NCBI GenBank assembly: GCA_965248925.1 | Contig: CBDFLE010000005.1 | Span: 192,001 to 256,000 of the forward strand | Reading direction: 5' to 3' | Length of the DNA: 64,000 bases | Origin: Candidatus Multivoradales bacterium | GTDB lineage: Bacteria; Acidobacteriota; Thermoanaerobaculia; Multivoradales; J023 | In this document: positions 56,425 through 64,000 of the stretch, one piece after another | Layout of the letters: each line of letters starts with the position of its first letter | Position numbering within the stretch: the stretch's first letter is position 1 | Notes under the pieces: generated by a model | What the model was told of the DNA's origin: nothing | Seen by the model: only the letters and a program-made list of their open reading frames with translations | The model's database searches: none | Made by a program: the position numbers and the translations under genes

Positions 56425-59064
56425 CTAGAGCGCACCTGGATGTGGTGGCCAGAGGTGGCGCTCGAAGAGGGCGAAGATTCGCCGGTACTCGTTCAGCCAA
56501 CTGGCCGGACGACGAAAGCCGTGCCGTTCTTGAGGATAGATGGCGACTTCCCAATTCTCTTTCTCGAGCTCGATTAACCGTTGCGCGAGGCGGACGGTGT
56601 CCAAGAACAACACGTTGTCGTCGAGCATGCCATGGCAGATCAGCAGCGGTTTGGTCAGTCCCTCGGCGAACTCGATCGGCGAGCTGCGGGCATACGCCTC
56701 GGGATCGATCTCCGGGGTGTTGAGAATGGCCGAAGTGTAGCCGTGGTTGTAGTGTGCCCAATCAGTCACTGGTCGCAGGGAGGCGCCGGCGGCGAATAGC
56801 TCGGGGGTCTTGAACAGGGCCATGAAGGTCATGAAACCACCGTAAGAGCCACCGTAAATGCCAATCCGCCCCGGGTCGACAGCGTGGTTGTCGATCAGCC
56901 AGCTACGGCCATCGACATAGTCTTCGAGTTCCGGGGTGCCCATCTGGCGGTAGATGGCGGTGCGCCAATCGCGGCCATAGCCCCGCGAGGCCCGATAGTC
57001 GAGATCGAGCACCAAGTAGCCGTGGTGGGCGAGTAGGGAGTGGAACATGAATTCACGGAAATAGCCCGACCAGCCCTGATGAGCGTTCTGCAGGTAGCCG
57101 GCGCCATGGACGAACATCACCGCCGGGCGTGGCCCATCGCCGACGGCTGTCCGAGCTTCGGCCGGCGGCAGATACAGGCGGCCGTAGATCGGTCGTGACT
57201 GGTGACTCGAGGGCACCTTGACGAAGATCGGCTCGACCCACGGCAAGCTCTCGAACTCTTCGCTGACGGTGTGGGTGAGGCGCCGCGTCGGGGCGCCGGG
57301 GCGGGCGTCTTGGACGAAGAGTTCGGGCGGCCTGCCGGCGCTCGACTGGCGGATCAGCAAGCGCTCGCCGTCCGGCGACAGCCAGGACCGCGAGGTGCCA
57401 CCCAATTCGGTCAACTGTTCCGGCTCGCCGCCTTCGACGGCAACCCGATACGTCTCGTAGATGCCCGGATGGTGGAGATTGGAGCGATAGTAGAGCCGCC
57501 TACTGTCGGCGCTGGCCTGGGGATACTCAACCACCTGCTGGCCGTCGGTGAGCTGGCGTAGCTCTTTGGCCTCTAGGTCATAGAGGTAGAGCTGGGAATA
57601 ACCGGTGGCTTCTGAGAGCAAGAAGAAGCCGCTCGAGTCTGGCAACCAGCCGAGCTCGTTGTGGTGCCAGTTGATCCACCCTTCATCACTCAGTCGGTGG
57701 ATTACCCGCAGGGGTTGCTCGGCGGCCGGAGTGACCAGCAGAGTCCAGCGGTCTTTGTTGTCTGCCGACAAGGCGTGGAGCACCGCATGACGGCCGTCCG
57801 GACTCCAGCTCAGACCCTCGAAGGTCACCGCACGCTGTTCCGGCTCGTCTTCGTCCTGCTCGCTGGCCTGTTCGCTGGCCTGCTGTGCCGCCGCTCGTCG
57901 GGCTGCCTTTTTTTGCCGTCGGCTCTGACGGTCAGACGGACCGCCGTCAGCAGGCTTTCCAACAAGATCGCTGTCAACAGGGTCGGCCGCGGTTTCGGCG
58001 TTGGCATTGGCGTCCTCGGCTTCTTGGCGACGTTGCGCGGCGGCATGGCGCAATTCTGCCAAAGGGTCCTGACGGATGCCTTCGAGCAGATCCAGGTCGA
58101 GATCGTGGCGCTGATGCTGGACCAGATCAAGGAGTACCAGCTGGGTAGCAATCGGCTCGCCGCTACCGACTTTGGGTCGCACTTCCTCGATATCGACGTA
58201 GCCATCCTCGGTGACGAAGACCGGCAGGTTGTCGCGCTCACCCAGTTGTGCGGCGGCGGGTTGCAGGGTGATCAGCATGGCTTCTGTCGAGGGCGACAGA
58301 GCGGCCGCCGTGACCTCGATCTCCTCACCCAGATACCAGGGCTCGGGACCCAAGCTGGCGTCGGCTGCTCGTTGTTGATGTTGGCGCTGTCGGTGAGCTT
58401 GGCGTTTGGCCTTGTCACGGCGCAGGGAGTCGAAAAGGTCGAGCTGCTGCTGCCCTAGATAGTCCGCCGGTTCGTCGTCTTCGTCCTCGGGTGCCGCTTC
58501 GTTGCGCAGGTCGGCAGCTTGGTGTTCGAGGCCGCTGGCCAGGTCGCGCACCAGCACGACTTGTTGCCGGCTGAAGATCACCCCGCGTCCATCGGCGGTG
58601 AACAGTGCGGCGGATTCCTCATCGGCGGTGCGGGTGAGTTGGATGACCTGGCCACTGGCGAGATGGCGGACGAAGACATCACCATGGCGCTGGTAGACCT
58701 TGTGTTGCCGGTCCGCGCTCCAGACTCCGCCCGCCGTGTCGGCAGTGGCGAGGGCCGCCAGATCCACCGCTTGCGGGTCGCCACCGACGAGTTTGATGGC
58801 GACTAGTTCGCGGTCGTCTTGGTCTTGGAGGTTGCGGAAGAAATAAACTGTCTCGCTATCGGCGGACCAGTAGGGGGCGAGGGGAGTGTCGGCGATCCAC
58901 AGCGGATCGGCCATGATGCGTTCCAGGGTGATGGGACCCTGGCCAGGGACGGCGAAGCTGGTGCCGGCGATCGCCAGAAGCACCAGCAGCATCAGACTGC
59001 GAGGCAGCCGTAGCCCGTGGGCAAGCGAATCTTGGTGCGCCAATCCTCGGTGGTCAGCAGCCAT
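56425..59064 (-). CDS. S9 family serine peptidase (prolyl oligopeptidase/DPP-IV-like), exported
   Basis: FVHGAGYLQN, DYRASRGYG, GGSYGG, HGMLDDNV, ERH; beta-propeller; low-complexity insert. Confidence 0.92.
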   Translation of the reverse strand: MAADHRGLAHQDSLAHGLRLPRSLMLLVLLAIAGTSFAVPGQGPITLERIMADPLWIADTPLAPYWSADSETVYFFRNLQDQDDRELVAIKLVGGDPQAVDLAALATADTAGGVWSADRQHKVYQRHGDVFVRHLASGQVIQLTRTADEESAALFTADGRGVIFSRQQVVLVRDLASGLEHQAADLRNEAAPEDEDDEPADYLGQQQLDLFDSLRRDKAKRQAHRQRQHQQRAADASLGPEPWYLGEEIEVTAAALSPSTEAMLITLQPAAAQLGERDNLPVFVTEDGYVDIEEVRPKVGSGEPIATQLVLLDLVQHQRHDLDLDLLEGIRQDPLAELRHAAAQRRQEAEDANANAETAADPVDSDLVGKPADGGPSDRQSRRQKKAARRAAAQQASEQASEQDEDEPEQRAVTFEGLSWSPDGRHAVLHALSADNKDRWTLLVTPAAEQPLRVIHRLSDEGWINWHHNELGWLPDSSGFFLLSEATGYSQLYLYDLEAKELRQLTDGQQVVEYPQASADSRRLYYRSNLHHPGIYETYRVAVEGGEPEQLTELGGTSRSWLSPDGERLLIRQSSAGRPPELFVQDARPGAPTRRLTHTVSEEFESLPWVEPIFVKVPSSHQSRPIYGRLYLPPAEARTAVGDGPRPAVMFVHGAGYLQNAHQGWSGYFREFMFHSLLAHHGYLVLDLDYRASRGYGRDWRTAIYRQMGTPELEDYVDGRSWLIDNHAVDPGRIGIYGGSYGGFMTFMALFKTPELFAAGASLRPVTDWAHYNHGYTSAILNTPEIDPEAYARSSPIEFAEGLTKPLLICHGMLDDNVLFLDTVRLAQRLIELEKENWEVAIYPQERHGFRRPASWLNEYRRIFALFERHLWPPHPGAL

Positions 59065-59723
59065 TACGGCTGCTCGACGCTGCGTAACATGGCTGAGAAG
59101 GCATCGTGCTCGGCAGCCAGAGTTGCCGCCGGTCCGACCACCTTGAAGAACCAGGGACCGCTCGTGCCTTCGACCACCGCGCCGAGCAAGCCGCTGTCGG
59201 GCTGTGGGGTGGTGGGGCCGGTCCCCATCATGCTGGGTTTGAGAGTGCCGTCGACGGCGATGGTGTGGACTTTGAAGGCGCCGACCTCGAAGTCACCTCG
59301 TTGCTCGGGCGAGGTGGCCTCGATCTGACCGGCCCAACGGTTGAGATTGTCCGTCACGCCACCGCCACCGCCGGGGCCAAAGTAGAAGACGGTGAGCTGA
59401 GCTTCGCCAGCGCTGCCAGGAATCCGCGCTTGCGCCAGCCGCATGGTCTGGGCCGGAGCCTCCCGCTGCCAGTTCTCAGGCAAGGTGAAGAGGGCGCCGG
59501 GGGCCACCAGCACGCGACCCTCGGCGGCTGGAAGCTGTGCCGTGGACCCGCTTGGGGACGAACCGTGGCGTGAAGAGATAGGTTCGATCGGGCTCGGATC
59601 GCTAGTCTCGGCAGGCGTACGCGGCGGCGCTGAGGTGTCGGCATTCGGCGTCGGTTGCTCGGCCGTGCAGGCCACCAGCAACCACGAGATGAGAAGGGCG
59701 CAAATAACGCTCAATAGGCGCAT
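59064..59723 (-). CDS. Conserved hypothetical lipoprotein
   Basis: Lipobox LLVAC; MRLAQARIP, FYFGPGGGG..DNLNRWAGQ, GPWFFKVVGP; TAATG coupling to the peptidase gene. Confidence 0.8.
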   Translation of the reverse strand: MRLLSVICALLISWLLVACTAEQPTPNADTSAPPRTPAETSDPSPIEPISSRHGSSPSGSTAQLPAAEGRVLVAPGALFTLPENWQREAPAQTMRLAQARIPGSAGEAQLTVFYFGPGGGGGVTDNLNRWAGQIEATSPEQRGDFEVGAFKVHTIAVDGTLKPSMMGTGPTTPQPDSGLLGAVVEGTSGPWFFKVVGPAATLAAEHDAFSAMLRSVEQP

Positions 59724-59898
59724 GCTCGAGTCTCCTGAGGTTGGTCGAAGGAATAGGCTCTATTCTAGGTCGGCCGATGGTATGGGCACCAGGACTTATT
59801 GATCTGTGGCATGATTCAGAGCCCGAAGAGCAGCACCGCTGCGCGGCCGACGACTGATTCCAATTCGCCGGAGAAAGACTGGCAAAAGAGCTGATGTG

Positions 59899-60246
59899 AT
59901 GAGCGAACTACACAAACTGACTTCCGTCGATCAAGTCGAGCCTCTGCTAGAGCAGTCTCGCCAGCAGGCGGTGCTGATCTTCAAGCACAGCCTTACCTGC
60001 CCGATCTCCAATGCCGCTTTCAAACGCTACCAGAGCTACCTCGGCAGCCTCGCCGAGGACGACTCAACCCATCACTCTCTGGTCGAGATCCAGCGCGTTC
60101 GCGAAGTGTCCAAAGAAGTGGCGCGGGCGGTCGAGATCAAACACGAGTCGCCGCAAGCTATCTTGCTCCGCGATGGCGTAGTTGCCTGGCACGCCAGCCA
60201 TTGGGAAATTACCGAAGAGACCCTGCGCGACGCGATCGACGGCTGA
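59899..60246 (+). CDS. ytxJ: YtxJ (DUF2847) monothiol thioredoxin-like protein
   Basis: IFKHSLTCPIS, HESPQ, WHASHWEI. Confidence 0.88.
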   Translation: MSELHKLTSVDQVEPLLEQSRQQAVLIFKHSLTCPISNAAFKRYQSYLGSLAEDDSTHHSLVEIQRVREVSKEVARAVEIKHESPQAILLRDGVVAWHASHWEITEETLRDAIDG

Positions 60247-60288
60247 AAACCGCCCCGAGAAGCGCTTGGAGCCCTTTTAACCATGTAA

Positions 60289-60309
60289 TTTGTAAGGTAG
60301 ACTTACGAA
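60289..60309. promoter_or_regulatory. Palindrome abutting the start codon of the AAA/DUF4143 gene
   Basis: TTTGTAAG-GTAGA-CTTACGAA, then ATG at 60310. Confidence 0.5.
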
Positions 60310-61500
60310 ATGCATGGTTACATCCAGCGCAGCGCGGCGGTAGCTATTCTGCGGGACCTCGACGAATCACCCGCGGTGGCGCTGCTTGGACCGCGTCAAT
60401 GTGGCAAGACCACGCTGGCCCTGGAGATTGTTCGCCAACATCCGTCGGCGGTATACCTCGACTTGGAGCTGCCCTCGGATCTGCGAAAACTGGCGGATCC
60501 CGAGCTCTACTTCGGCACCCAGCGAGGTCTCGGGCGAGCGACCTTGTTCTGTCTCGACGAGATTCAGCGTCTGCCCGATCTCTTTCCCACTCTGCGCAGC
60601 TTGATCGATCAAGCAGGGCACGCTGGACAGTTTCTATTCCTCGGCTCGGCGTCCCCAGGTTTGCTGCGGCAGACCTCCGAGAGCCTCGCAGGTAGAATTC
60701 TCTACTTGGAATTGACTCCGCTGCTGTTCTCCGAATTGGGAGTGTCGAGCCTCGCCGAGTCGAGCCGGCGTTGGTCTCGCGGTGGCTTTCCCCGCAGCTA
60801 TTTAGCCACCAACGATGCCAGCAGCCTGCGCTGGCGGGAAAGCTTAGTCCAGACTTTTCTCGAACGAGAAATCCCCGAAATGGGTCTCGAGTTGTCTGCC
60901 GAGCAGCTGCGCCGGCTGTGGCGGATGCTCGCCCACCACCACGGCCAGTTGCTCAACAGCTCCCGCCTCGGCGGCTCATTGGGTCTCAGTCACAATACGG
61001 TGCGCTCTCACATCGAGCTGCTGCGAGGAACCTTCATGGTGCGCTTGCTGGAGCCGCTCGAAACCAATCTGAAGAAGCGCCTGGTCAAATCGCCTAAGGT
61101 CTACATCCGCGACAGCGGGATCCTGCACGCTCTGTTGGAGATCGCCGACGCTGACGCGCTGCTCGGACATCCGGTCTGCGGCCCCTCATGGGAGGGATTG
61201 GTGATCGAAGAGATTATTGCCGCCTTGCCCGAATGGCGCCCGAGCTTCTACCGCACCAGCAACGGCGCCGAGATCGACCTGGTGATGTCCCGCGGCCAGC
61301 GCCACCTGGCATTCGAGTGCAAAGCCTCGACCGCGCCGCGGCCCAACCGCGGTTTCTGGACCGCTTTCGCTGACATCGGCGCCGAACGAGGGTGGATCGT
61401 GGCGCCAGTGAATGAAGCCTATCCGCTACGCGAGAAGGTCGAAGTCACGCCGCTGGTGACACTAGTAGAGCAACTCCGGCAACTGGTGCCGCAGGTTTGA
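60310..61500 (+). CDS. AAA_14 ATPase + DUF4143 protein
   Basis: GPRQCGKT Walker A, LDEIQ Walker B, LGSAS, ESLAGR, GGFP, KSPKVY.RDSG, EIDLV..FECK. Confidence 0.92.
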   Translation: MHGYIQRSAAVAILRDLDESPAVALLGPRQCGKTTLALEIVRQHPSAVYLDLELPSDLRKLADPELYFGTQRGLGRATLFCLDEIQRLPDLFPTLRSLIDQAGHAGQFLFLGSASPGLLRQTSESLAGRILYLELTPLLFSELGVSSLAESSRRWSRGGFPRSYLATNDASSLRWRESLVQTFLEREIPEMGLELSAEQLRRLWRMLAHHHGQLLNSSRLGGSLGLSHNTVRSHIELLRGTFMVRLLEPLETNLKKRLVKSPKVYIRDSGILHALLEIADADALLGHPVCGPSWEGLVIEEIIAALPEWRPSFYRTSNGAEIDLVMSRGQRHLAFECKASTAPRPNRGFWTAFADIGAERGWIVAPVNEAYPLREKVEVTPLVTLVEQLRQLVPQV

Positions 61501-61514
61501 CCGTCGCCAACTGC

Positions 61515-62525
61515 TCAAGGCCGCAGCTCGTACCTGGCGAGAGCCCTGGCCGCCTGGCGGAGGTTTCTCTGCACTTCGGTCAGCTGCCGATCAACCTGGT
61601 CGAAGCGGCCGACTACGCATTGGCCGGCGAGTAGTTTGAGGTCGGCGTAGGAGCGACGTAGGGAACGGTTGACGGCTGGATCGATGGAGCGGAACAGGCG
61701 CTCGTTGTCGAGCACTTTCAACACTTCTGCCGACAGGGTGCGGCAAGCGGCGGCAATGGCTTTTGGATTTCCTTGCTGGCGGCCACGGAGGAAGCTGCCT
61801 AGAGCCTGCTTGGCCGGCGCCACAGCGGGGGCGTAGGTCTTGTACCAAACTCGCATCAAGTCTGTGACGGTACGCGGTTTGGGTTTCGGAGTGTTGCGGT
61901 CGATGTAGTCGGCGTACTCGCCCTCGGCTTCGATTCCGGCCAGTTGAATCGGCAGCAGGAAGGCGTCGAGCAACTGTTCTAGCTGTTCTGGATCGGTCAC
62001 CAGGTGCAGGCCGAGTTCCTGTTCTTCGAGCTGGATGGATCGGCCGAGACGATCGATGGTGGCGGCGAAGTCGTGGCGCGGAGCGCGGGGAAAAGCTACG
62101 GTGTCGCAGAGTTCGATCTGGAGTTCGTAGAGCTTTCTCAAGGAACCGCTGATGGTGGCTCCGGCTTCGACGCGAGTCCCTTTCTCGAAACGGTGGATCA
62201 AATCGCCGGCGGCGCGTGCCGCTGCCAAGTCGGAGCCGCCATCCCGGAGAGCGAAGTCGCGAATCTTCTGCTCCTCGCCGGCGGGTAGCTGCTGCCAGTA
62301 GTTCAGCACGTCGGCGGCGATGTCCTGGCAAATCTGGCGGTTGAAGCGCAGCAAGGCTAGCGAACTGCGCGCCCATTGGTCGGTTTCGGGCTCGGGAGCA
62401 GACACCGCAGCGGTGGCCGAAGTCGGACTCAAGCCGAGCAGCGCAACAAAGAAAAAAGCGCGAAGTAGGCCGAGTGGCCGCGCGGCCACGGCTCTGATGG
62501 TGCTGATGGATCGAATCGTCTTCAT
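61515..62525 (-). CDS. Hypothetical exported helical protein
   Basis: Signal-like segment AFFFVALLGLSPTSATA; long ORF in series with its neighbour; Cys pairs. Confidence 0.7.
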   Translation of the reverse strand: MKTIRSISTIRAVAARPLGLLRAFFFVALLGLSPTSATAAVSAPEPETDQWARSSLALLRFNRQICQDIAADVLNYWQQLPAGEEQKIRDFALRDGGSDLAAARAAGDLIHRFEKGTRVEAGATISGSLRKLYELQIELCDTVAFPRAPRHDFAATIDRLGRSIQLEEQELGLHLVTDPEQLEQLLDAFLLPIQLAGIEAEGEYADYIDRNTPKPKPRTVTDLMRVWYKTYAPAVAPAKQALGSFLRGRQQGNPKAIAAACRTLSAEVLKVLDNERLFRSIDPAVNRSLRRSYADLKLLAGQCVVGRFDQVDRQLTEVQRNLRQAARALARYELRP

Positions 62526-62585
62526 GGCCAAAGTCCCCTCGCGGATCATACCGCTGACTCGGGAGTCTGCGCCTGGTCGGCTCGC

Positions 62586-64000
62586 TCAACCATTCTTCGA
62601 GCGATCCTCCAGGCTGTTGGCCAAGGCGGTCTTGCCTTGGGCTCGGGCCTGGGTCGCTGCTCGCTTGGCAACTCGGCGCGCCTCGCCGTGGTGGCCGTTG
62701 GCGGTCAGGGCGGCGCTGAGGGTCTCGAGAATCTCGGGTGCTTGATGCTGGGTGAGGTCGGCGGCTTGCTGGGCTAGCCGCAGTGCCTCGGCCGGATCCG
62801 CCAACTCTTCCGCGGAAGTAGAGACGAGCAGCCAAGCGAGGTTGTTCAACGCGCCGACATGTTTGGGATCAGCTGCCATTAGCCGCCGTAGCTCGACCGC
62901 TGAAGCCGCGGGCTCGCCCGCCAATTGTAGCGCCGCGGCCAGGTTGTAGCGCCCCTGATGGTTGGCGGGGTCAAGTTCCAGGCCGCGGCTGTAGGGCTCG
63001 ACGGCGGCCGTAGCGCGGGAATTCGAAAGCAGCAGGTCGCCAAGATTAAACCAGGCTAATCGAAAGCTTGGGTCGACTTCCAGGGCGTCGCCGTAGGCTT
63101 GTTCGGCGGCGGCGGCGTGGCCTTGTTCGGCGAGGGCGAAACCGAGACTGTTGTGCGCCAGAGCTAGGTCTGGACGCAGTTCGATGGCGCGACGATATGC
63201 TTCGATGGCTGCTGCCTGGCGGCCCAATTGGCTGAGTGCCGCGCCGAGATTGAGCTGGCCGCGGGCGTGGCTCGGATCGCGTTCGATCAACCGGCGTAGG
63301 GCTAGTCGTGCTGCCTCGCCGTCGCCTCGCTCAAGGTAGGCGGTGCCCAAGTTGAAGAGCACGGTGCTGCTGGCGGACTCGCCGTTGGCGGCTTGTTGGA
63401 GTTCTTCGAGGGCGCCGTCGCGGTTGCCTTGGCGAGCTAGCAACTCGGCGCGGACGGCAGCTAGGGGAGTCTTGCCGGCTCCCCGTCGCGCCACCTCCGC
63501 AAACTCAGCCAAGGCTGCTTCAGGGTGGCCAGCATCGGCCAGGGCATAGGCCAGGCTGCTGCGCCAGCCGGACATGGCCGGCAGCCGATCGATCAGCGGT
63601 CGCCAGATGTCGGCGGCGGCGGTGGGCTGCTGGCTGGCCGCGAGCAAGAGGGCATAGCGATTGGCCAGTAGCAAGTCGTCAGGGTGTTTGGTGAAGGCTT
63701 GATGGTAGGCGCGGCGGGCCTCCGCCAAGCTGTTGGCATCGAGCTGTAGGGCAAGCTCGGCGACCCGGCGGCCGGCGCGCCGCTGGCGCTGGGCGAAACC
63801 CAGCTGGCCAGTAAAAGGAGGACGGCCGGTCAATTCCAGCATTTCGCTGTTCAGCGAATGGCGATCAAAGAGAGTCCAGGGCAGTTGGTCGGCCAAATCC
63901 GGGATCCCTTGGCGAGGGTCTGCAACGGGCGGGCCTAGGCGCTCGACCAGGCGCTGGAGGAATGCCTCGGCCAGCAGGAGGTTGCCGGCGAAACGCAGAT
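62586..64000 (-). CDS. TPR-repeat protein, probably with an upstream SGNH hydrolase domain (5'-partial)
   Basis: Frame stays open to the window edge (..LRFAGNLLLAEAF.., resembling SGNH block V); multiple TPRs; ALNNLAWLL. Confidence 0.8.
   Translation of the reverse strand, partial: LRFAGNLLLAEAFLQRLVERLGPPVADPRQGIPDLADQLPWTLFDRHSLNSEMLELTGRPPFTGQLGFAQRQRRAGRRVAELALQLDANSLAEARRAYHQAFTKHPDDLLLANRYALLLAASQQPTAAADIWRPLIDRLPAMSGWRSSLAYALADAGHPEAALAEFAEVARRGAGKTPLAAVRAELLARQGNRDGALEELQQAANGESASSTVLFNLGTAYLERGDGEAARLALRRLIERDPSHARGQLNLGAALSQLGRQAAAIEAYRRAIELRPDLALAHNSLGFALAEQGHAAAAEQAYGDALEVDPSFRLAWFNLGDLLLSNSRATAAVEPYSRGLELDPANHQGRYNLAAALQLAGEPAASAVELRRLMAADPKHVGALNNLAWLLVSTSAEELADPAEALRLAQQAADLTQHQAPEILETLSAALTANGHHGEARRVAKRAATQARAQGKTALANSLEDRSKNG

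Overview
High-GC bacterial chromosome window with about 50 CDS, densely coding, and no rRNA, tRNA, CRISPR array, integrase/transposase or prophage structural module that I can see. C-terminal 'F-x-D-G-F-E-S-G-D' tags, an IPTL-CTERM motif, and many TPR, PEGA and S9-peptidase genes suggest Acidobacteriota (Thermoanaerobaculia-like); this taxonomy is inference only. Housekeeping content: an NAD salvage cluster (pncB-nadE-pncA), metG, a Cys/Met PLP lyase, rnhA, dapF, tyrA, infC with an ATT start, and TRAP, AGCS and SLC13 transporters. The two most interesting loci are (1) a 9.3-kb phage-free operon of a giant Ig/beta-helix surface protein (with an internal IPTL-CTERM signal followed by a second signal-like helix), three paralogous tail-collar proteins, a GNAT and two DUF6916-like proteins; and (2) a MamK-type actin gene with no neighbouring magnetosome genes, lying directly behind a membrane-anchored peptidoglycan amidase and ahead of tyrA. 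Smaller signals include tandem 21-bp NadQ/NrtR-like operators before pncA, a leader ORF coupled to pncB, a Zn-ribbon-RNase HI fusion, a RES toxin-antitoxin pair, an NYN-cold-shock fusion splitting a TRAP locus, a chimeric DUF1287 gene and REP-like palindromes. All family assignments come from motif recognition by eye, not from database searches.
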